A stretch of DNA of 64,000 nucleotides, from NCBI GenBank assembly GCA_030141605.1, contig JAQGDQ010000472.1, positions 1-64,000 of the forward strand. The letters run 5' to 3'. The DNA comes from Tubiluchus corallicola (taxonomy: Eukaryota > Animalia > Priapulida). The stretch's first letter is position 1; each line of letters starts with the position of its first letter. The notes under the pieces are model-generated. The model saw nothing but the letters and a program-made list of their open reading frames with translations, did no database searches and was not told the DNA's origin. The position numbers and the translations under genes were made by a program. Of the stretch, positions 1 to 12,039 are shown piece by piece.

Positions 1-1180
1 TCATTGTCGCAACACCTATTTTGATATATCTTTCATATGTTGTTGTGTGTGCATAAATAATGATCTAATTACTTTATTGATTTATTGCACTGTTTATTTA
101 AATTTATATTACATTGTGTGTTTTTTGTAAGATTTTGACACCAGATGGCTCTGGCCGCTTATTTCTCTGCTTAACTGTAATTAGGTTACCTGAAAATTCG
201 AATACCAAATGGCTTCAACCTGTTTTGGGATCTTACTACAGAGTTCGTGTTTTACACTAGATATGTTCTGACTGTCAACGTTACAGGGTGGTGGAGTTTT
301 GCTGGTTAGTCCACATCCTGTGGTTATTTTATATGACTGAACACCAAGTTTGGTGTGAACCTGTCTTTAATGGTACTCGTATGCAGTGAGATGATTTATT
401 ACAAAGACAATGGTTTTGTCTGCTTTAGTTTATTCGTTGTTTGCTGTGATGACACTGTCTTGACATTCCAAGAAGCAAGTGTTTGGTAACCATATGTTTA
501 CCTGCAGAATAGGACTCAAATTCTCGCTGAATAGTAGTGGAAAACTAGTCGAGGACCAGTTCTACCTGGACCCATGGTCTGTCTGTTTGTCTGAGCTGAA
601 GGTTCTGTTTGTCACCCTGCAAAAGAACGATATCTGGGAGTCTGAGGCAACCAGGCAAGAGTTCAAGCCCGAGGCAACCAGGTACGAGTTCAACCGCTGG
701 ATTGCTAGAGCACTTTTAAAGCGTTGTCCATGCAGAGGCTGGATTGGTGACGTTTGGCAAAGAGTTGCTGGCGAGGACGTGGCTGACTACTGGAGATGAA
801 AAGCTGATGCGGTATGGTTGGAGACTCAAGAGCGTGGTTGATAGATCCAAAAGCCTGATGAGAGACAGAAGCGTAACCGGCCAACGTTACTTTTGGGGGA
901 ATTAGGTATTGTTGGAAATTGTTATCAATTTAATTTGCTATTGTTGTTTTACTGATTAAATTCTAAATCTAAATATTAGCTTTTAGTTCCGTTGTCGTTC
1001 TGATTAAATAATTTGCACGTGCACACAAGTGTTTCACCAGTGACACGGATTCACGTAGCCTACACAAATAAATGATTATCCTGTAGATTTAGCATATAAA
1101 AGTGACGGAAACGCTCGAGAACCCTGAACACAGTACTCTGATTTCTTAACATCCTGATTTAATTATTACACGGCGTCACA
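1..1180 (+). repeat. 5' LTR (first ~24 bp lie outside the window)
   Basis: Position 1 aligns to 5035; ends ...ggcgtcaca just before the PBS. Confidence 0.93.
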
Positions 1181-1183
1181 ATT

Positions 1184-1201
1184 TGGTGGCAGCGGTGGGA
1201 T
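1184..1201 (+). promoter_or_regulatory. Primer-binding site complementary to the tRNA-Leu 3' end
   Basis: tggtggcagcggtgggat is the reverse complement of ...ATCCCACCGCTGCCA-CCA, the metazoan tRNA-Leu(AAG/TAG) 3' end; 3 nt after the LTR. Confidence 0.85.
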
Positions 1202-1799
1202 AATTAAGGCCTGCCACTGAATGAAACCGCTGTGCAGATTATTTATTCTGTTTATTGTTGAAAAAAATAGCATCTCTGCCCTTTGCAGAACTGATAATAT
1301 AATATTTCTACTGAGTAAGCTTAGAACTTTTGACACTTGCGTTGACCGTGCTGTAGGTATAAATTTCTCTGCGCAAATAGTTAGTAGTTTCATTGCAGTA
1401 GGAGATTTCGAACTATAGGTAAACTAGGTCACATTGTCTGACTGTGAAGTGCATGCGACGCAAAAGCTTGTTTACGAATTGGTGAGCCCTAGTAATATAT
1501 TGAACGGCTTGTAACTTCCTGTTCGGTTCGGGACTTATTTTGCACAGTACTAGCTGTATGTAACCAGAGCAATTTGCTTGTGTACAGAGTGAGAGAAGAG
1601 TAAAAGAAACCACGTGAGTGGTGAATAAATTTTCACAAGTGTAATAGCAAAGTTAAAACGAAACAAAACGCAAATAAATACTTTGCAAAAAAATTAATTA
1701 CATAGAATCTAATACTATAAGGTAAATACAATTGCACATAGTATTTGACTGCTGTATTAACCTTATTAAATTAATAATAAAACGAAACGGTAAATTACC

Positions 1800-4733
1800 A
1801 TGGCAGCAAACGCATACACTGAAAACGAGTTAAATATTTTAAAAGTGTCACAGCTAAAAGAAATTATAGCTGAATGCGGGATCACAGTTGCCTCAACAGC
1901 GACTAAACCTGTTTTAATAGCTGCTATCCTACAAGCTCAGCTTCCTTTGAATATGACGCAACCTGCGCTAACACAAGCAATTCAAGGCCTTGGTGATGCG
2001 GACCTGGACGGGGGTACATATGTTGAAACTAATTTAAATGCAGCAACTCCCGTGAACCCTATTTCAGGTGGCGTGAAAAGGAAGCCAACTGTGGCAACGA
2101 GGTTAGAACACACACCTCCGCCCGACTTGTCATTTATGGTAGATGACATTACTGACGGAATGCAGCAATTACCCCCCTCAGAGAGGTATTCAGTTATGAT
2201 TACACTGGAAAAGCTACGCAGCGAAGAGCGTCGAGCTGTCAAGCAGATGGAGATGCAAATGCAGATGGACAAAGAGTTACGTATTAAGCAACTTGAACAT
2301 CAGGAACGGGTTGAGCTTGAAAAATTGCGTGCCGAGCTTGCACGAATTGAGATCGCACCCACTTTATTACAGGTCGCAAACCCTTCCCCTCCTGTTAACC
2401 CGCAATTGCATGCACCCATCCAGCGTATCAAAATGAGGGTCTTTGATGAAAACGCTGAAGACATTGACGATTTCTTAAGTCAGTTTGAATCAACTGCAGC
2501 TGCAAATAAGCTTCCTCAGGACGTATATGCAGCATCTTTAGGGCCTGCACTCACCGGGAAAGCTTCCATTGCTTTTCACCAAATACCTCCTGAGCAAATG
2601 AGCAACTACGATGCTGTGAAGAAAGCACTTTTGGCAGCATATGTATTAACCAGCGAGAGCTACTTGAAACGTTTTCGTGCTATAAAAAAGAGGGCCAATG
2701 AGACTTTTCAGCAAGTTGGCAGAAGACTTGTTCGTGCCTACAATGAGTACAGAAATGCAGAAGATGCTGACTCTGTAGATAAAGTTGTGGAATTGGTCTG
2801 TAAGGAACAAGTCTTAACACTGATGTCACGTGACATGTGTGAATGGGTCCGGAGGCAAGATCTTCATTCCTTCGATGATGTTGTGGAAAAAGCAGACTTG
2901 TACCAAGCATCTGTGATGTCGATACAGGGTGGCCTAAAAGTCATGCAACCTCACACATTTAAGAAAGGATTCAAGCAGCCAATGCACGATGGTAGTAGCT
3001 TAGCAAGAGGAAGAAGCACGTATAGTGGATCTAATGTGAAGTGCTATTCCTGCGGCGAGTTGGGACATAAAAGAAATCAATGCAGAAGAAGCATGGCAGG
3101 TGCTGAAGCCACCGGGAAAGGCAGAAGCACGATGGGTCGGAATTTTTTAGCTAAAGGTGATGCTAAGAAGACCCAGGAAGGTGGTTCAAGAAAAACCACA
3201 AAGAAGTTGCGCAACATTATTGCATCTTCTGAAGATGAATATTGCTGCTGGGCATCTGTGAATGGCAAGAATGTGAAATGCATGCGCGACACTGGGGCAT
3301 GCACTAGCCTTGTTCACCCAGATTTGGTAAGGCCAGAGCAATATGTTGATGAGTCAACCAGGACGATTAAGTGTGTACATGGAGATTCCAAGGAAGTACG
3401 CATGGCTATTGCGGAGGTTGAAAGTCCGATGGTCAGTGGGTATTTGACAGTGGCTGTCTCTGGTGACCTTCCAGTTGACTTCTTACTTGGTAATGACTTT
3501 CGGACGGCAGTTACTCCATTCCCGGCAAAGAGGAGTAAGAACTTCCAGTGTGTACCGAAACCAGCTTCAACAGCTACTGTGGCCAACATGGATTCCTCCT
3601 GCCAATTTAAAAAGCATGCTATGAAGCAGGATGAAAACAGTAGTGGTGACAAGCTGCACACGGCATTAGTTGTTACACGCAGTAAAGCTGCGAAACTGCA
3701 AAACCTTGAGAAAAGAGACAAGACCCTCCAACAAGAGTTTTTGCAAGACAGAATCAAAGCACCTCCACTGACTGAGCACGAGTCAAAGCAAAACCAAATG
3801 CACCTAACTGTGCTCAGTAAATCACAGTTACACCAAGAACAAGTAGATGATGTAACTTTAAGGAACTTACGCGACAATGCACGCACTGAAGAAATTGTGA
3901 GGAAAGAAGGCAAAGGCTACTATCTTCGTGAAGGAGTACTTTATTACCTGGCATGTGAGCGTCCTAGCCTAGAACCACGAGAACTACTGGTTGTGCCTAA
4001 GACAAGGAGACTGGAGGTGCTCTCCCTGGCACATGATAATAAGATGGCTGGACATTTAGGCATTGGAAAAACTACTAAGCGAGTACTGCAGGAATATACT
4101 TGGCCACAACCCAACAAGATTCTACGCATACACAACTTCCCACGTCCACAAAACAAGAAACAAGTACGGGCCTACTTGGGACTTGTTGGCTTCTACCGTA
4201 GGTTCATTCCTATGTTTAGTACCAAGGCTGCTGCTCTTTTTCAGCTACTTGAGAAAAGCGCTCCAACCAAAGTTGAGTGGACAGAAGCCTGCGAGCGGAG
4301 TTTTGTGGAATTGCAAGACTGCCTTGGCTCCGACACTGTATTGCACTCTCCAGATTTCATGAAGCCTTTCATGCTGACTACTGATGCATCTTTGAGTGGT
4401 GTAGGTGGGGTACTATCCCAAGAACAAAGTGAACATGGCGAACTACCTATAACAGACCTCAGCAGAAAATTAACTGTTACTGAGCGTAATTACAGTGTGG
4501 TAGAAGTGGAGTGTTTAGCAGTTGTTTACTGTGTGGAGAAGTTGAGATACTTCCTGGAAGGGCGGCATTTTACTATCCGAACTGACCAGCGCAGCTTGTT
4601 GGCCCTTCCTCGCATTAAGCGTAATAACCGCCGGTTGTGTCACTGGTTGCTCATTCTCCAGGAATACTCTTACACGGTGGAGAATATTCCGGGACGAATG
4701 AATGTTGTGGCGGATGCACTTTCACGCCTATAA
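1800..4733 (+). CDS. Gag-protease-(partial integrase Zn-binding domain)-(RT thumb/RNase H) polyprotein, 977 aa
   Basis: Capsid-like region, CCHC knuckle CYSCGELGHKRNQC, protease DTGA, integrase N-terminal LAHD..GHLG..KT..R...YTWP, then RT thumb (FPRPQNKKQVRAYLGLVGFYRRFI) and RNase H (TDAS...E...TD...NVVADALSR); no YXDD or DDE motif. Confidence 0.9.
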   Translation: MAANAYTENELNILKVSQLKEIIAECGITVASTATKPVLIAAILQAQLPLNMTQPALTQAIQGLGDADLDGGTYVETNLNAATPVNPISGGVKRKPTVATRLEHTPPPDLSFMVDDITDGMQQLPPSERYSVMITLEKLRSEERRAVKQMEMQMQMDKELRIKQLEHQERVELEKLRAELARIEIAPTLLQVANPSPPVNPQLHAPIQRIKMRVFDENAEDIDDFLSQFESTAAANKLPQDVYAASLGPALTGKASIAFHQIPPEQMSNYDAVKKALLAAYVLTSESYLKRFRAIKKRANETFQQVGRRLVRAYNEYRNAEDADSVDKVVELVCKEQVLTLMSRDMCEWVRRQDLHSFDDVVEKADLYQASVMSIQGGLKVMQPHTFKKGFKQPMHDGSSLARGRSTYSGSNVKCYSCGELGHKRNQCRRSMAGAEATGKGRSTMGRNFLAKGDAKKTQEGGSRKTTKKLRNIIASSEDEYCCWASVNGKNVKCMRDTGACTSLVHPDLVRPEQYVDESTRTIKCVHGDSKEVRMAIAEVESPMVSGYLTVAVSGDLPVDFLLGNDFRTAVTPFPAKRSKNFQCVPKPASTATVANMDSSCQFKKHAMKQDENSSGDKLHTALVVTRSKAAKLQNLEKRDKTLQQEFLQDRIKAPPLTEHESKQNQMHLTVLSKSQLHQEQVDDVTLRNLRDNARTEEIVRKEGKGYYLREGVLYYLACERPSLEPRELLVVPKTRRLEVLSLAHDNKMAGHLGIGKTTKRVLQEYTWPQPNKILRIHNFPRPQNKKQVRAYLGLVGFYRRFIPMFSTKAAALFQLLEKSAPTKVEWTEACERSFVELQDCLGSDTVLHSPDFMKPFMLTTDASLSGVGGVLSQEQSEHGELPITDLSRKLTVTERNYSVVEVECLAVVYCVEKLRYFLEGRHFTIRTDQRSLLALPRIKRNNRRLCHWLLILQEYSYTVENIPGRMNVVADALSRL

Positions 4734-5010
4734 ATTTTGCCTAATTTTGATAGTTTTATACGAAGAAATTGTTTTTTTAATTAAACAACATAAAGCCTTT
4801 AAAAGTGAAATGGCAGAAGTAAAGTCGTTTATTGTGTTATTCGTAGATTTATTTTGTATCAGTATTGATTGAAGTTGCTTCTCAGAGTAATTAAGATAGC
4901 CCATTTAGTTAGCAAATCATTGTTTAGCTTTTATTTTCTTCAATCGTTTCAATATAGGTGTCGCTATGTTGTGAAAACTCCTTCAGAGTTTTAAAAGGAG
5001 AGAGATGCTA

Positions 5011-6224
5011 TGTGATGATCGGTTATACCACCCATCATTGTCGCAACACCTATTTTGATATATCTTTCGTATGTTGTTGCGTGCGCATAAATAATGATCT
5101 AAGTACCTGATTGATTTATTGCACTGTTTATTTAAACTTATATTACATTGTGTGTTTTTGTAAGATTTTGACACTAGATGGCTCTGGCCGCTTATTTCTC
5201 TGCTTACCTGTAATTAGGTTACCTGAAAATTCGAATACCAAATGGCTTCAACCTGTTTTGGGATCTTACTACAGAGTTCGTGTTTTACACTAGTTATGTT
5301 CTGACTGTCAAAGTTACAGGGTGGTGGAGTTTTGCTGGTTAGTCCACATCCTGAGGTTATTTTATATGGCTGAACACCAAGTTTGGTGTGAACCTGTCTT
5401 TAATGGTACTCGTATGCAGTGAGATGATTTGTCATAAAGGCAATGGTTTTGTCTACTTTTGTTTATTCGTTGTTTGCTGTGATGACACTGTCTTGACATT
5501 CCAAGAAGCAAGTGTTTGGTAACCATATTTCTACCTGCAGAATAGGACTAAAATTCTCGTTGAATAGTAGTGGAAAACCAGTCGTGGACCAGTTCTACTT
5601 GGACCAATGGTCTGTCTGTTTGTCTGAACTGAAGGTTCTGTTTGTCACCCTGCAAAAGGACGATATCTGGCTTTATTACTGGAAGTCCGAGTCAACCAGG
5701 CGAGAGTTCAATCCCGAGGCAACCAGGTACGAGTTCAACCGCTGGATTGCTGGAGCAGTTTTAAAGCGTGGTCCATGCAGAGGCTGGATTGGTGACCATT
5801 GGCAAAGAGTTGCTGGCGAGGACGTGGCTGACTGCTGGAGATGAAAAGCCGATGCCGTATGGTTGGAGACTCAAGAGCGTGGTTGATAGATCCGGAAGCC
5901 TGATGAGAGACAGAAGCGTAGCCGGCCAACGTTACTTTGGGGGAATTAGGTATTGTTCGAAATTGTTATCAATTTAATTTGCTATTGTTGTTTTACTGAT
6001 TAAATTCTAAATCTAAATATTAGCTTTTAGTTCCGTTTTCGTTCTGATTAAATAATTTGCACGTGCACACAAGTGTTTCATCAGTGACACGGATTCACGT
6101 AGCCTACACAAATGAATGATTATCCTGTAGATTTAGCATATAAAAGTGACGGAAACGCTCGAGAACCCTGAATACAGTACTCTGATTTCTTAACGTCCTG
6201 ATTTAGTTATTACACGGCGTCACA
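5011..6224 (+). repeat. 3' LTR (1214 bp)
   Basis: TG...CA termini; roughly 4-6% diverged from the 5' LTR by eye, plus a 12-bp indel (ctttattactgg). Confidence 0.93.
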
Positions 6225-6385
6225 GTGACCAAGACGTTTTACTTCATGTTCGAGTTTAATCGGTTCTCCTTGTGCAACAGTTTAATAAACAATTAATAAA
6301 ATTTAACAGACAAACAAACACATTATCCACGCACAACATAGAGCAATCAGAATGGACACGCTTCTTTCACACAGAACGTGTAAGG

Positions 6386-6859
6386 CAGGGGTGTGCAAAT
6401 TGCGGCCCGCCGAGAAAATTTGTTCGGCTCACGAAGAGATTTGTCAACCTAATGAAAGTGCGGCCCGGCGATTAATTGAGTGTATCCAGCTGAAGTCCGT
6501 GCCACGATCCCAAAGATAGTGCGGTTAGTTTTTTCTACTAGATCAGATGCCATTAACCCTTACAAGACGGTTGTAGCTTAATGTCACTGTACTACACAGA
6601 CTGTGTGATACACATTACTAATATGCATTGTAATGAAATTACAACTATCTGTCCTGAAAGTAGAAATATATGGTATGTAATATAAATTTTAATAACTAGT
6701 TTCTTGAGTGTAGTAGTAATGATGTACGCAGGTCGTTTGCAAAAAAAATCGTTATTAGGCCTTTCTGTACTTGGCTTCTTGATCAAAGTGTCTGTGGCCC
6801 GCAGGAATTGCGGGAAAGTTTAATCTCGCCCGGCTAGTCAGATAATTTGCACACCCCTG
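6386..6859. mobile_element. hAT (Charlie-like) MITE, family A
   Basis: TIR caggggtgtgcaaat/atttgcacacccctg; perfect 8-bp TSD gtgtaagg with central TA. Confidence 0.9.
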
Positions 6860-7049
6860 GTGTAAGGTGAATCCACCACACGTAAAGAGACATCTGTAAT
6901 TTAAACATAATTTATTATAAGATCCTAGGATTGGAAACATCTTTCTTTAATCAAACGTTTCGGCGTGTTAGCCAATAACCATAACCATAGGTAACCTGCC
7001 ACATACGAAGAAAGAAAATTTTAAAGTGTATCTCAAAAAAACTTCTCAT

Positions 7050-7800
7050 ACAAAGCCATTCTACTTAGCTTATACACCACGAGCGAAAAAAAAACGTCAA
7101 TTTTGGCAGCCAATACCCGCCTTCTCCACAAAGTTTCGTGGAAATCTGTTGGGTAATTTTTGCGCAACAGGCTTACTGCTATTGCACACAAAGGCAACCA
7201 AATCCAGTAAAGATTAAAGGACAAGAAAAGGGTACCTGAAGTAGGCTGCAGAAAAATCGTCTTAAAAATTATATTACTTTGCAGCATTTTCATGCACATA
7301 TCGCACTCGCGTTGAAAGGCATTTATGTTTGTTTTTGTTTTAAATCTCCCGCAATACTGTTCCGAAGTCGCCATTACATGACGTCACCACGCAAACGTAA
7401 ATCAGGGGAAGAAAAGGAAATGTTTAATTACGTCCTAAAAAACTTTTCATGCAAATCTACATTACTTAGCATTTCGATTACCTGCTTGAAAAAATTACGT
7501 AAGAGGAAAAGAAAATTCTTAATAATTTAAAATATTCGCTGTAAGGTGTCACTGCATGGCCATACCCAGTGTGCACCACTGGAACACCAAAAACTTATGC
7601 TTAGTTAGGGAACAGTGCGCTACGAATGCTCTGATTGTCGAAACTTGTTTCAAACGATTTACCGTTAAAATGGCTGCGTCTAAAGGTCATTGCAGCAGTT
7701 TAAATTGACATGTTTTATACAACGTTACTGCTAATGCAATCTCTTTATGCAATAAGTCAGCATGCAAGTGGTGATTTCAAGACGAATTTTTAAGCTTTAT
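7050..7800. repeat. Interspersed repeat, related copies at ~15700-16206 and ~37820-38450
   Basis: Shared blocks such as ttacatgacgtcac...caggggaagaaaagg and aaaatggctgcgtctaa; boundaries approximate. Confidence 0.65.
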
Positions 7801-8302
7801 TAATGAAGAGTGCTTGCTTACCATTTAAGCAAAATACAGTAATATAGGCTTGTATATTAGCTAAGATACTGAAGCATTAGATCATCGAAAGAATCGAAAG
7901 ATGTTTCTCTGCGTGGGTGGTGTTTGCGTTTATTTTTCCACTAAAGGTTCCACCCCCTCAGTTAAAAATTTGTTAAAGTATGGTCTATTTTTGAATTTCG
8001 CATTTTGGGATGGCCTACTAAAGCTTTAGTTTGTTGTAAGAGGAAGCAAAGTTTTAGAGCTCTACGCCCTGGCGTCAAAATCCTTGACCAGATTCATTAT
8101 CTTTACCATCTTTACGGGATTTGGATTCCCCTAACCAAATTTGGATCATCTGTGCCATTCATGTATAATTCATAGCTGACCTGTGTTATACGTGATTCCC
8201 CTGTGTGAATTTCGGTTTCTGCACGTCCACATTAAATTATTTTGTACAGCAAAATGCGGGTCAGTAGCGAGATGATGATCTTACTACGCTAATATATTGG
8301 CT

Positions 8303-8797
8303 TGTGGAACTTCAACAGAGAGGCCTTGTCGCGAGGAACGTAGGAAACAACAAATTTCTTCCTTTTTTGTTAATGTGGAACTATTTGGCAGGAAGGCGGA
8401 GGAGTTGGGAACTACTTTTTAGCAGACTGTTTTGTGTTAAATTTTTTACAAAGAGAATTGTGTTATTTTGTATCTGTTGTGGAGATCTGGAATATTCTGT
8501 ACTATAGTAGAACAATCTTCTTACCTTGTAGAAGTTTCTAGAACTTTCTATTTCTAGATTGTTCCTTTGCACTGATATATAAGGTGGAGCTGGCCGCTGT
8601 AGTTTATTCTCTTGTATTCTCAGATTCTCAGATACGCTTTCTTGCTTTCACGTTTCCAGATTATCACATTTACTGTAAACATTTCGCGTTCCTTCATACT
8701 TTTGTGTTGTAGAATTCTCGCATAATAAACTAGTTTAGTTTGACGACGTGTTTTCTGGTTTTGTCAACGAGCCTTCCGAGAGAAACAAAACACTACA
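8303..8797 (+). mobile_element. Probable orphan LTR (5' boundary uncertain)
   Basis: TATA-like gatatataagg (~8574), AATAAA (~8724), ends ...actaca followed by aattt and a TGG-starting tRNA complement. Confidence 0.6.
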
Positions 8798-8802
8798 AAT
8801 TT

Positions 8803-8853
8803 TGGCGCAGTCGACAGGATTCGAACCTGTGCGGGAAAATCCCAACTGATTTC
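8803..8853 (-). pseudogene. Reverse-transcribed 3' half of tRNA-Ser(NGA) including CCA (extended PBS)
   Basis: Minus strand reads GAAATCAGT-TGGGATTTTCCCG-C-ACAGG-TTCGAAT-CCTGT-CGACTGC-G-CCA: long variable arm, paired T-stem, G discriminator and CCA. Confidence 0.85.
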
Positions 8854-9685
8854 CAATGATTTTCAATTTATAAAGTTTTAATAAAAGCATTTAAGAGTTC
8901 TGATTAATCCGTGTGTCTGAAGCATTAGTTTTTGCCTGCCTGCGTTGTCTGTTTGAAACAAGTGCTTACCTTGATATCAGAGGGGGGCGCCCATTTCCCT
9001 CCTCGCAAAGGTCAAATTTTTTTGTTAAATTTAACCATCAATGACCAATGGTAGAAGTGCTACTCGGAACGTAAAAGGAGGGCATTTTCTATAAGCCTCG
9101 ACAAGGAATCAAGGGTATGACTATGAATCGGCTAAATGTGATGTTGTTCATTCTAGATGCAGCATGAATTATTAGAGATATCGCATGTCAAGTGAGATAT
9201 TTAAAAGCAGAGACAACATTGTCTGTATCAATCGAATATTTGTGTGTTTCCAACTGGGAGTGTACAATTACCAACTATTTTGTAAGATGACTTAGGTCGC
9301 ATTTGTCTGTCCCACAATGGACCAGACTATTGATGCTTTTCGATTCGTTTGTCAGTTCGTATGCCACATTTGACTGTTTCTACAGGGTGTTCCAGAAAAA
9401 GCTGATATAGACACTTTGGAATGCGCAAAAAGCAAGTTATACGGTAGAAAACTTGGAATAACGTAAGTATTTCTTATACAAGAAAGAGCCGGACTTTAGG
9501 AATCAACATGCATGCTTTTTATTTGCATGACACAAATGTCATTATCAAAGTTGAAAATTAAGTCAAAAGAAATTGGAATTTTTGCAATATTATGATGTCT
9601 CAAAGCGGAAGTGCAAGTTCGTTTTGAACCAAATTTGAGCCAACCTGATGAATTTGAGTGTGTTTTTCACAATATGCCACGTTGC

Positions 9686-9904
9686 CAGGGCCTCAGCCTA
9701 AGCGACGCTCGGGGAAGTGGGGCGTGTGAGGCCCCTCGGGGGGGGGGGGGGGGAGGGGGGAGGGGGTGCGTGCGGCAACGCAACAGAGAGAGAGAGGGGG
9801 AGAGGACGCAGTATGTTTGCATGAAGCAAAAAAAATTACCTCGGCGTGAGGCCCCCCTGGAGGGTGAGGCCCCGGGGAAGTATACCCCCCTGAAATAGGC
9901 CCTG
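9686..9904. mobile_element. Small GC-rich hAT-type MITE
   Basis: TIR cagggcct/aggccctg; 8-bp TSD cacgttgc/cgcgttgc; internal poly-G. Confidence 0.7.
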
Positions 9905-10176
9905 CGCGTTGCTCCTGCTTCTGACTGCAATTTAACCGTGTACATTTGCAGTAATTCTTGCAGTACAATCACTTACTAAATTAATTAACACAACCACATT
10001 AATTATTTGAAAATGATTGAAATTGATTAGCATATTTCAGCACTTCAGCAAATTTTATCTGTACTGTTTATTGTAGAAGCGCCTATATTTTCCTATATTG
10101 TCACAGTCACCCTACAAAACATGCCCCCCTCTCCCATTAGTACTCATCTTCTCAAGCGCCTCCCACTATTACTCAC

Positions 10177-10297
10177 CTTCTCTTCCTGGCACATCTACAC
10201 AGAGGTCATCCCCGCAACAATCCTCGTTAAATGCACAGGAGCGCAGACCGCATTTTGAACTGTCTTCATGAACGAAATTTTCCAACTCCAGATCTCC
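10177..10297 (-). CDS. Isolated internal exon of a Cys-rich (probably secreted) protein
   Basis: tttcag acceptor and gtgagt donor; encodes GDLELENFVHEDSSKCGLRSCAFNEDCCGDDLCVDVPGRE(G); no other exons identified. Confidence 0.65.
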
Positions 10298-10854
10298 CTG
10301 AAATGGAAGCAAAATGTTTATCAATGAAACGAAAAAGCAAAAATGACACAAAGATGGAAATAAGTAGCAAGTGAAGAACCAAGAGACAAAAAGAAAAATG
10401 ACGGCAGTGGTGGTGAAGACAAGAAAGCTGACAAAGGAAATATGAAAAAACTGGAGGTGTTTTTTATAAGTCTTTTTATTAAACAATAAGTACATTGTTT
10501 CCCCTCTATTTGTTTCGTTTACAAAATATTCGTTTACAGGGGTTCGTTTACAAAATAGTTATCTACGATAACAATATTATACATAATGCCAATTTTGTAC
10601 CAACATACTCTGCCAGTAGTGTTTCAGTTTTCTAACTTTTACATAACTTTTACATATATACATCAAAACCACAATATTAACTTTCACAACACCTATTAAG
10701 AAAAAGTTTAAACATATACATATTTTACACTATAATTTATATAACGATTAATTCAGTACATGTTTTTCTGTAAAATATAATTTGAATTAATTTATAACAA
10801 CTTTTTCCGTACAACATCTCTAACAAGATTTACATATATACATATTTACAAACA

Positions 10855-10987
10855 GGAGGAGGCGGAGAAGGAGGAGGAGGAAGAGGAGGGAAAGGAGGAG
10901 GAAGAGGAGGGGGAGGAGGGGAGGACGAGGAGGAGGAGGAAGAGGAGGGAAAGGAGGAGGAAGAGGAGGGGGAGGAGGGGAGGAGGA
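10855..10987. repeat. (GGA)n-rich purine tract
   Basis: Directly visible. Confidence 0.9.
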
Positions 10988-11139
10988 CCGATAACAAAAC
11001 AAAAACCAAAAAGTGACTAAAAAGACAAACAAGGGGCTTTCAAATTGACACTTCTCTGTGAATGAATGGTCTCATCCCCGACGACGCCTGTACATATCAG
11101 GTCTTATCCACCCTAATGGCTTCTGTGGCTCAGTAGCTC

Positions 11140-11404
<265 letters not shown>

Positions 11405-12039
11405 TATACATGCAGTTTCTAGAATACTTGCATGCTAAATCAAAAGCCAGGTCGTTTACAAACATTTTTGTAGTTTAAGTACTTTTGTGTAGCAGCACAA
11501 AGCAGCATGCTCATCGAGTCCAACAAAAGTTGCAACCCATTTCAAGTACGTTGTCTCCACTGTGCAACAAAAACCTTTCCGAGGACCAACTTATATAAAC
11601 AAAATATTAATCTTCGGTGTATTGACAGACTGACTGAAATCAGTTTTCCATTTGTTCTGAAATCGTCGGCAATAATAACTTCATCTCTGCTTGGCCAGCG
11701 ATGCAGGCGTATGAGACTCTAGGGCAATTACAAACACGAAATGAATAAAATGCAATTTTCACACAACACGCGTGTCACGTGACCACGTTTCTTCAGCAGA
11801 ATTGTCAGCAAAGAGTAAACGTATCAAAGATTTAAAGCACAAGTTGAGACAATAGCCGCCATTTTCTTGTTGTTTAGCATAATAACGAGCCATCTTCAGT
11901 ATTGCTGTATAGCCATGTCGAAGAAAACAAATATCGATTTTTGAAAATATTTGCGTTGTTAAAAATAGCCAGTTACGCAATAATTGGTACAGCTTTGAAA
12001 TAATGAATCGACAGCTAAAAACTGCGGGAAACGAAAAAA

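Larger units (their letters stand above)
1..6224 (+). mobile_element. Ty3/Gypsy LTR retrotransposon, Gmr1-like domain order, internally deleted (non-autonomous)
   Basis: Direct repeats 1-1180 and 5011-6224 (tgtgatg...cgtcaca), PBS after the 5' LTR, purine tract aaaaggagagaga (~4993-5005) before the 3' LTR, gag-pol ORF between them. Confidence 0.93.

Noticed and set aside
8803-8853. Functional tRNA-Ser gene
   Set aside because: 5' half absent and CCA encoded, indicating a cDNA copy
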